Shown here in pieces: positions 55,610 through 64,000 of a DNA stretch of 64,000 nt. Every line of letters begins with the position of its first letter. Positions within the stretch are counted from its first letter, which is position 1. The notes under the pieces were generated by a model. It had not been told where the DNA came from. It saw only the letters and a list, made by a program, of their open reading frames with translations, and did no database searches. Where the stretch lies: assembly GCA_963524205.1 (NCBI GenBank), contig CAURED010000003.1, positions 129,599-193,598 on the forward strand, given 5' to 3'. Origin of the DNA: an uncultured Aminipila sp. (GTDB taxonomy: Bacteria > Bacillota > Clostridia > Peptostreptococcales > Anaerovoracaceae). The position numbers and the translations under genes were made by a program.

Positions 55610-57635
55610 AAAGCATTTACATAAAATTAATATTGCTTTAATAGGGAACCCTAACTGCGGATTAACAACTGTTTTTAATCAGATGACTGGCGGGCAGCAG
55701 CATACTGGGCATTTCGCTACTCCACACAGAGCCACTAAAGAAGGTCCTGTACGAAGACATAAAGGTGTCAGCGTCATAGAACTACCGGGAACCTATTCTC
55801 TTTCAGCCTACACGGTAGATGATGTAGAAACAAGAGATATACTATTAAAAGGTAAGCCCGATGTAATTGTTAATATTATTGATTCTACTGCAATTGAGAG
55901 AACCTTATATTTAACACTACAGCTTATGGAGTTAGAAATACCTATGGTTCTAGCGCTTAACATGATGGATGAAGTTAAAAACAATAAAATTTCTATAGAT
56001 ATTCAAAAATTATCAGAAGAACTCACAATTCCTGTGATTCCGATCTCCGCAAGTAAAAATGATGGGATTCATGATTTAATTCATTACGCTATAGAAGCCG
56101 CACAGAAACACACTCTCCCTAAAAAAATCGACTTTTGCTCAGGCTATATCCATACTGCCATTCACTCTATCGCACATCTTATAAGTGACGATGTAGAAAG
56201 AGTTGGGCTTCCTTTACGGTTTTGCTGCACCAAAGTTGTAGAAGGTGATGAGCCTATGTTGAAAGAACTTCAGCTGCAGGGTCCTGAACTGGATATAATA
56301 TGGCATATTGTAGAAGACATGGAAAATCATCTGCATACAGACCGAGAAGCGGCTATGGCAGATATGAGATATGCATTTATAGAAAAAATATGCGCTAAAG
56401 TAGTAATACGTATATCAGAAAGCACCAAGGAACACGCACGCTCCGTGAAAATAGATAAGATTCTGACTCACAGATTTTTTGCTATCCCTATATTTATGGG
56501 AATTATGTTTTTGGTCTTTTATTTTACTTTCAGCTCCATAGGTGCCTATCTTAGTGGGCAGCTTTCCAAACTCATAGAGATAGTAATTAGTCTTATAAGT
56601 TCTGGCCTTATAGGTGCAGGGGTAAGTCCTGTTCTATATGCTTTAATCATAGATGGAATTTGTGCCGGAGTAGGAAGTGTATTATCATTCCTGCCTATTA
56701 TTGCCGTCCTTTTTTTCTTCTTGTCCATCTTAGAGGACAGCGGATATACTCCGCGAGTCGCCTTTGTAATGGATAAACTCTTAAGGAAGCTGGGGCTTTC
56801 AGGTCGTTCTATCGTCCCAATGCTTATCGGTTTCGGCTGTTCGGTTCCAGCAATTATGGCTACCCGGTCTCTTTCCAGTTCTAGAGACAGACATTTAACT
56901 ATTGCATTAATTCCATTTATGTCTTGCAGTGCAAAACTTCCTATATATGCTATGTTTACTGCAGCATTTTTCAGCAGTAACAAAGCCCTTATTATGACTG
57001 CAATATATCTGACAGGAATTATAGTCGCAATAATATGTGCCTCGATTTTTAAAAGTACAATATTCAAAGGAAATCCAGTGCCATTTATAATGGTGCTTCC
57101 TCCTTACCGTGTGCCAGCAGTCAAAAGTGTCTGTCTGCGTATGTGGGAAAATGTAAAAGGCTTTATTAAAAAGGCCTTCACCGTAATATTTATAGCTACA
57201 ATTATAATATGGTTCTTGCAGAGTTTTGACTATGGCCTAAATTTAGTAACAAGTAGTGAAGATAGCATTTTAGCTTCTCTAGGAAGAGCTGTTTCTCCCA
57301 TATTTGAACCTCTGGGTTTTGGGGATTGGCGGGCCGCAACTGCACTTATCACCGGGCTTTCTGCAAAAGAGGCAGTAGTAAGCACTATGGCGGTTTTAAC
57401 AGGAGCCTCAGAAGGGGGCTCTTTAACAACAATGCTTACACAGATTTTCACCCCCTTATCTGCATTTGCATTCTTAGCCTTCTGCCTCTTATATATGCCT
57501 TGTGTTGCTACACTAGCAACTATCAGAAGAGAAATGGGAGGCTGGCATTACGCTATACTAACGGTATGCTTCCAGACGGCAGTCGCATGGATAGTTGCTT
57601 TTATAATATATAATGTAGGAAGTTTATTTTTGTAA
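55602..57635 (+). CDS. feoB: ferrous iron transporter FeoB with degenerate G1/switch-I motifs
   Basis: N-terminal G-domain (G4 NMMD, G5 SAS) plus a polytopic permease with gate motifs. ATG 55602 overlaps the feoA stop by 8 nt. The ORF-track start at 55566 lies inside feoA. Confidence 0.92.
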   Translation: MNKKHLHKINIALIGNPNCGLTTVFNQMTGGQQHTGHFATPHRATKEGPVRRHKGVSVIELPGTYSLSAYTVDDVETRDILLKGKPDVIVNIIDSTAIERTLYLTLQLMELEIPMVLALNMMDEVKNNKISIDIQKLSEELTIPVIPISASKNDGIHDLIHYAIEAAQKHTLPKKIDFCSGYIHTAIHSIAHLISDDVERVGLPLRFCCTKVVEGDEPMLKELQLQGPELDIIWHIVEDMENHLHTDREAAMADMRYAFIEKICAKVVIRISESTKEHARSVKIDKILTHRFFAIPIFMGIMFLVFYFTFSSIGAYLSGQLSKLIEIVISLISSGLIGAGVSPVLYALIIDGICAGVGSVLSFLPIIAVLFFFLSILEDSGYTPRVAFVMDKLLRKLGLSGRSIVPMLIGFGCSVPAIMATRSLSSSRDRHLTIALIPFMSCSAKLPIYAMFTAAFFSSNKALIMTAIYLTGIIVAIICASIFKSTIFKGNPVPFIMVLPPYRVPAVKSVCLRMWENVKGFIKKAFTVIFIATIIIWFLQSFDYGLNLVTSSEDSILASLGRAVSPIFEPLGFGDWRAATALITGLSAKEAVVSTMAVLTGASEGGSLTTMLTQIFTPLSAFAFLAFCLLYMPCVATLATIRREMGGWHYAILTVCFQTAVAWIVAFIIYNVGSLFL

Positions 57636-57656
57636 TCATTTTTCATACACTAGCAA

Positions 57657-57700
57657 GAGAGGCTGTTGCAAATAAATTTTGTAACAACCTCTTTTATTAT
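57657..57700. terminator. bidirectional terminator between feoB and citrate synthase
   Basis: 13-bp stem AGAGGCTGTTGCA / TGTAACAACCTCT (one mismatch, one G-U pair), then TTTATTATTTT. Confidence 0.6.
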
Positions 57701-57748
57701 TTTCATTATATTAAATCTTATTGTATGGCGCATCTGAATCTCATATGT

Positions 57749-59131
57749 TTATCTCTTACTAATAGGCACATATTCACTTGATTCAGCCACATCTTTATAG
57801 GCTGGCCTTATAATTTTACCTGTATTAATCAACTCTTCAATTCTATGAGCACTCCATCCCGCCATTCTTGCTATTGCAAAAATAGGAGTATAAAGCTCTA
57901 TCGGCAAGTCCAGCATGCTATACACAAACCCGCTGTAAAAGTCAATATTCGCACTAACGCCCTTATAGATTTTCCTTTCCTGGCAAATTATATCTGCAGC
58001 AATTTTTTCCACACTGGCATATAACTTATATTCTTTACCTCTTTCCTTTTCTACAGCCAGGCTTTCTACAAACTTCTTAAAGATTTCCGCCCTAGGATCA
58101 GATAAAGAATATACAGCATGCCCCATTCCATAGATCAGTCCGGATTTATCAAAGGCTTCTCCTCTTAATAGTTTTTGTAAATATTCTTTAATCTCATCTT
58201 CATCGTTCCAATCAGAAATACATGATTTCATATCATCAAACATCTGGACAACTTTAATATTTGCGCCGCCATGCTTAGGCCCTTTTAGAGATCCCAGAGC
58301 CGCAGCTATGGCAGAATACGTATCTGTCCCTGATGAAGAAACCACATGTGTAGTAAAAGTTGAATTATTACCGCCGCCATGTTCTGCGTGCAGAACTAAT
58401 GCCAAATCTAGAATCTTAGCTTCAAGTTCTGTGTATTGGCTGTCAGGTCTGAGCATATGCAATATGTTCTCTGCTGTAGATAATTCCGGCTTAGGTATGT
58501 GTATATATAAGCTGTCCATATAATGATAATGTCTTGATGCCTGATATCCGTACACAGCTAATAGCGGAAAAACAGCCGTAAGCAGTAAACACTGTCTAAG
58601 TACATTTGGTATAGTCGTATCATTTGGATTCATATCATAAGAATGAAGGGTCAACACGCCTCTTGCCAAACTGTTCATCATATCTGTACTAGGTGCTTTC
58701 ATAATGATATCTCTTACAAAACTTGGCGGCAACGTGCGATATTCCGCTAAAATCTTCTTAAAATTATTTAGCTGCTCATTGTTTGGCAGCTTCCCAAATA
58801 TGAGCAGATACGCAGCTTCTTCAAAGCCAAAACGTTTCTCATTAACAAAGCCTCTCACTATATCATTTATATTAACTCCACGGTAATACAGCCTGCCAGG
58901 ACAAGGAACCTTTTCTCCAGTATCCTTATCTATATCAAAAGCATATATGCCTGAAATCTCTGTAAGCCCCGTCAACACTCCATTTCCATTTAAATCTCTT
59001 AGTCCCCTGTTAACTTCATATTTTTTATATAAGGATGCGTCTATTGTGCTGTTCTCTATACATTTATTGGCTAGTGACTGTATTTCCGTAGTTATTCTAG
59101 AATATTTATCATCTAATTTATCTCCATACAT
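57749..59131 (-). CDS. citrate synthase (citrate/2-methylcitrate synthase family)
   Basis: LHAEHGGGNNSTF and GMGHAVYSLSDPR motifs. GGGGGT RBS before ATG 59131. Confidence 0.9.
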   Translation of the reverse strand: MYGDKLDDKYSRITTEIQSLANKCIENSTIDASLYKKYEVNRGLRDLNGNGVLTGLTEISGIYAFDIDKDTGEKVPCPGRLYYRGVNINDIVRGFVNEKRFGFEEAAYLLIFGKLPNNEQLNNFKKILAEYRTLPPSFVRDIIMKAPSTDMMNSLARGVLTLHSYDMNPNDTTIPNVLRQCLLLTAVFPLLAVYGYQASRHYHYMDSLYIHIPKPELSTAENILHMLRPDSQYTELEAKILDLALVLHAEHGGGNNSTFTTHVVSSSGTDTYSAIAAALGSLKGPKHGGANIKVVQMFDDMKSCISDWNDEDEIKEYLQKLLRGEAFDKSGLIYGMGHAVYSLSDPRAEIFKKFVESLAVEKERGKEYKLYASVEKIAADIICQERKIYKGVSANIDFYSGFVYSMLDLPIELYTPIFAIARMAGWSAHRIEELINTGKIIRPAYKDVAESSEYVPISKR

Positions 59132-59394
59132 ATTTTGTACCCCCATTTTGTGTTTTAAAGCAAATTAATACATTTCTACTTCATTTAGTTATAGTAATAT
59201 ACTAGTAACGGATTTTAGTATACTACGTTTTCAACGTATTTTCAATAATGAAAAATATGTATTATTTTTTTATAGAGCAAATTAATTATATTTATTTATA
59301 TTTTTATGACAATCAAGATAACAAACATACAAATAAAAGGATTACATCTGGCATAAACCAAATCTAACCCTTTAACTATGCTTTATCTATTATG

Positions 59395-61620
59395 TCACAA
59401 TTCTTCATAAAATATCGCTCTGTCTTTGCCTAATTTTTTTGCCTTATACAAGGCCTCATCTGCCCTCTGATATAGTTCTTTAAAACTATATGTTTCATAC
59501 CCAAACAAGGTAATTCCAATACTTACAGATATCGTACTCCATTTTTCGTCTTCTTTTGCAATTTGCCTGATAACTTTATGAATTTTCTCTTTCAACCGCT
59601 CTGCTTCGCTCATACCGGTAATATTCTTAAATAGAAATACAAATTCATCTCCACCTAATCTGCCTACCAAATTACCCTGGCCTGCAACCAATTCTAACTC
59701 CATGGCCACCTTCTTTAATAAAGTATCACCTTCAGGATGTCCATATCTGTCATTTATAATTTTAAATCCATCTAAATCAATAATCATCAGGCTGTGAATA
59801 TCATAGTTGGGAAAGTTCGTACTCTGCAGACTCATTTGATTATCCACACTAATTTTTAATAAAAATTCCTTTAACTCCGATTCAATCTTTCTCCTATTGA
59901 ATAAACCCGTAAGTGAGTCTGTCTCAGCTTCATTACGCAATGAATTTTCCATTCTGCTTTTCTCTACATTTAAAAATTCAATCATTTTCAGGTTTGTTGT
60001 ATTCACTTTATTCTTTAACATTATTATGTAGATTAGAATTCCAATAGCAGCTGTAACTGCAAACACTACTAAACCCAAAAAGAATGTGGGGTTTGAATAG
60101 TACAGCTTTCTAAATTTTGGTTGTTCATAAACGACATAATTACTTAAAACTATATTTGACAAATCCATATCAGAAATACAGTGCAAGCCTTTGTTTAATA
60201 TATTTAAAAGTTCAATATCTTCATCCTTAGAAACACCTAATGACAGATCTTCTGAATATCCAATCAGGTCCTGTCTAATGAGATTAACAAATTTAGGATT
60301 AGCCAGATAATAATTTGCTGCATACGCGTTGGCAATAGTAGCATCCGCCATGCCAGAGTTAACAGCTTCAAAACATTCCTCAACTGTTTCATATTCCTTT
60401 ACATCATAATTTTCAAGAATATCTAAATAGTAGTCTTTTGGCATGGCAACCTGCTTTATTCCATCAAAATTCCTGTCTTTTGCAATTACACCTACAAGTG
60501 ATGCATTAATACATATACTAGAAGTATATATCCCTCTCTTCTCTGATATACCATAGTCGTGGGAAACTAAACTTATCATGTCAGTTTTCCCAGTCTTTAC
60601 ATCATCTAATGCCTGGCTTAAATTTTCCGCTCTTACAAATTCAAATTTTAGGCCTGTATACTTTGACAATAAATCAAATAAATCCTTTGTTACACCTTTA
60701 ATATCGCCTGTTTCCTCATCATAGTATTCGATTGGCTGCCACCCCTGATCATAAGAAACCTTTACAGTACCTTTCTCTTTAATATAGTTCAGTTCTCCAG
60801 CAGTAAATGAGGGTGCTGCAACATTACCTTTTATAAAATATTTATTTTGTATTTGCATGTCATAGGAGGGGTTACTATTTTTAATATTTTGCATAGATAG
60901 ATTTAATTCTTCTAACAATACCTTATTGTTTTTATTTACACCATAGTATAATGGATGTTCATCCATCCTACCTATAACTTTATCATACCTCTTGTTTGAT
61001 TCAACTGATGTAAAAATAGCTTGTATTTGATTCTCTTCTAAGGCAGTCTCCATGTCCTCCAATGTTTCATAATATTTTTTATTAAACCTAATGTGATTTT
61101 GACTTGAATACGCATCTAAGTATGCTTCCTTGTAATCGTTTTTCAGAATACCTACATAAATTCCATTCAGCTTAGAAAAATCGTCAAAATTCAGCTCAGT
61201 ATTACTAGCTTTTGTATATAACTGGGTCTGTGAAACTCTATTAGAAAAATGAGAATATATAATCTTGTTGGATTTTAAGGTCTCCTGGTCTATACCTCCA
61301 ACAATATCCACTTCACCATTTTCTAACATCTTAATGCACTCAGGAAAAGATGCAACTACAAACTCATAATCCCAGCCTGCAAATTGTGATATTTCTTTTA
61401 AATAATCATATCCATATCCTGAATATACACCATTTTCATCTGCTTCCTGATATCCTTCATATAAATAATATCCAACTTTCACAACCTTCTTTTCTTGTGA
61501 AATCTTAGATTCCCCAAATGCAAGTTGAGATTGCAAAGAAAAAAGCATCATAAAAAAAATCATAAAGCCACCAGAAATTCTAATCAATATCTGCAATAAT
61601 TGCTGATTATCTTTCTTCAT
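59395..61620 (-). CDS. diguanylate cyclase with two periplasmic solute-binding (SBP_bac_3-like) domains and a TM segment
   Basis: Canonical DSLTGLFNRR ... GHPEGD ... RLGGDEFVFLF ... ALYKAKKLGKD. Confidence 0.88.
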   Translation of the reverse strand: MKKDNQQLLQILIRISGGFMIFFMMLFSLQSQLAFGESKISQEKKVVKVGYYLYEGYQEADENGVYSGYGYDYLKEISQFAGWDYEFVVASFPECIKMLENGEVDIVGGIDQETLKSNKIIYSHFSNRVSQTQLYTKASNTELNFDDFSKLNGIYVGILKNDYKEAYLDAYSSQNHIRFNKKYYETLEDMETALEENQIQAIFTSVESNKRYDKVIGRMDEHPLYYGVNKNNKVLLEELNLSMQNIKNSNPSYDMQIQNKYFIKGNVAAPSFTAGELNYIKEKGTVKVSYDQGWQPIEYYDEETGDIKGVTKDLFDLLSKYTGLKFEFVRAENLSQALDDVKTGKTDMISLVSHDYGISEKRGIYTSSICINASLVGVIAKDRNFDGIKQVAMPKDYYLDILENYDVKEYETVEECFEAVNSGMADATIANAYAANYYLANPKFVNLIRQDLIGYSEDLSLGVSKDEDIELLNILNKGLHCISDMDLSNIVLSNYVVYEQPKFRKLYYSNPTFFLGLVVFAVTAAIGILIYIIMLKNKVNTTNLKMIEFLNVEKSRMENSLRNEAETDSLTGLFNRRKIESELKEFLLKISVDNQMSLQSTNFPNYDIHSLMIIDLDGFKIINDRYGHPEGDTLLKKVAMELELVAGQGNLVGRLGGDEFVFLFKNITGMSEAERLKEKIHKVIRQIAKEDEKWSTISVSIGITLFGYETYSFKELYQRADEALYKAKKLGKDRAIFYEEL

Positions 61621-61717
61621 AATACTATTTCTCCCTGAAATTGAATTTATTAATATTATATATAAATTTTTGACAATTTTCTACATAATATTAGAATTTT
61701 CAAAAATTAATTCAGCA

Positions 61718-61748
61718 TGAAAAAAAGGTGGATATTAAATCCACCTTT
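61718..61748 (-). terminator. atp operon terminator
   Basis: AAAGGTGGA - tttaata - TCCACCTTT followed by T7 on the minus strand, 6 nt after the atpC stop. Confidence 0.7.
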
Positions 61749-61754
61749 AATTAC

Positions 61755-62189
61755 TTATCTTTTGCGTCTTGCGCCATTTTCTGCTAAATTCATTCTAGTA
61801 ATCTGTTTTGCTAAGCTGATTTGCGCTTTAATAATCTGATTTTTATCGGTATTAGTCTCATCATGAGATTCAAGCCATTCCTCTACAGTCTTTTTCTTCT
61901 TTATGGCTCTTTCAACATCTATCTCCTCAACCCATTCAGCTGCGTCAGTATATATTACAAAGTTATCCCTTATATCAATATATCCTCCTGCAATAGATGC
62001 CGCTTTAAACTCATTAGCGCCTTCTTCCTTGATCCACATAACTCCTACATCTAGAAGTTTACATGCCCAAGTGTGCCCCGCCATAAATGCTTCTTCACCT
62101 GTTAAGGTTCTGACTATAACCATCTCAACCTTATCCTTATAGAATAGTTTTGAAGGTGTTATAACCTCAAGTAATATACTCTTAGCCAT
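61755..62189 (-). CDS. atpC: F0F1 ATP synthase subunit epsilon
   Basis: 144 aa; LEVITPSKLFY ... a typical epsilon beta-sandwich plus helical tail. Confidence 0.93.
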   Translation of the reverse strand: MAKSILLEVITPSKLFYKDKVEMVIVRTLTGEEAFMAGHTWACKLLDVGVMWIKEEGANEFKAASIAGGYIDIRDNFVIYTDAAEWVEEIDVERAIKKKKTVEEWLESHDETNTDKNQIIKAQISLAKQITRMNLAENGARRKR

Positions 62190-62217
62190 TTTCTTATCTT
62201 CCTTCCCGGCGAGAAAA

Positions 62218-64000
<1,783 letters not shown>

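Noticed and set aside
59222-59246. cre (CcpA) site upstream of citrate synthase
   Set aside because: TGAAAACGTAGTAT matches only the left half of TGWAANCGNTNWCA. The right half fails.

Overview
This is a low-GC Firmicutes (Clostridia-like) chromosomal segment, densely packed with about 57 protein genes, most of them on the minus strand. I saw no rRNA, tRNA, CRISPR array, transposase, integrase or phage genes, so it reads as ordinary chromosome rather than a mobile island.

Blocks from left to right:
- M23 peptidase region.
- A sigma-54/RocR-type regulated operon: DDAH-like enzyme, RocB-like M20 hydrolase, amino-acid permease.
- A TetR-controlled MFS efflux operon with two membrane-fusion proteins.
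- A MerR/GyrI-like regulator.
- A REC + degenerate-GGDEF protein.
- A ThrE exporter pair.
- A small-ORF / leader / terminator unit in front of an EamA transporter.
- A pseudouridine synthase.
- An RND pump with its adaptor, a TolC-like protein and a split two-component system.
- A full purine operon (purL-E-C-F-M-N-H-D) with PurBox-like sites.
- An lrgA-lrgB-(cytidylate-kinase-like)-GntR operon with a PdhR-type operator.
- A 48-aa SCIFF ranthipeptide precursor (missing from the ORF track) plus its radical SAM maturase.
- A PocR-MCP protein, a D-Ala-D-Ala carboxypeptidase and a Cys-rich PyrK-like protein.
- An sdaAB-sdaAA-mtnA-eamA-scpA-scpB-(hypothetical) operon.
- A lytic transglycosylase, an orphan radical SAM gene, feoAB, citrate synthase and a periplasmic-sensor diguanylate cyclase.
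- The 3' end of the atp operon (atpG partial, atpD, atpC).

I found no clear-cut new multi-gene system. The most notable items are:
- The PdhR-box-controlled lrgAB operon.
- The DDAH-like/RocB-like sigma-54 operon.
- A SCIFF precursor missing one signature Cys.
- A FeoB whose Walker-A lysine is replaced.
- A peptide/leader/attenuator unit upstream of an EamA transporter.
- A degenerate GGDEF protein that keeps its I-site.
- A TolC-like gene wedged between the two halves of a two-component system.

Many start codons were moved from the ORF-track values to RBS-supported internal starts. Coordinates of sites in ORF-free intergenic regions could be off by about 1 nt.
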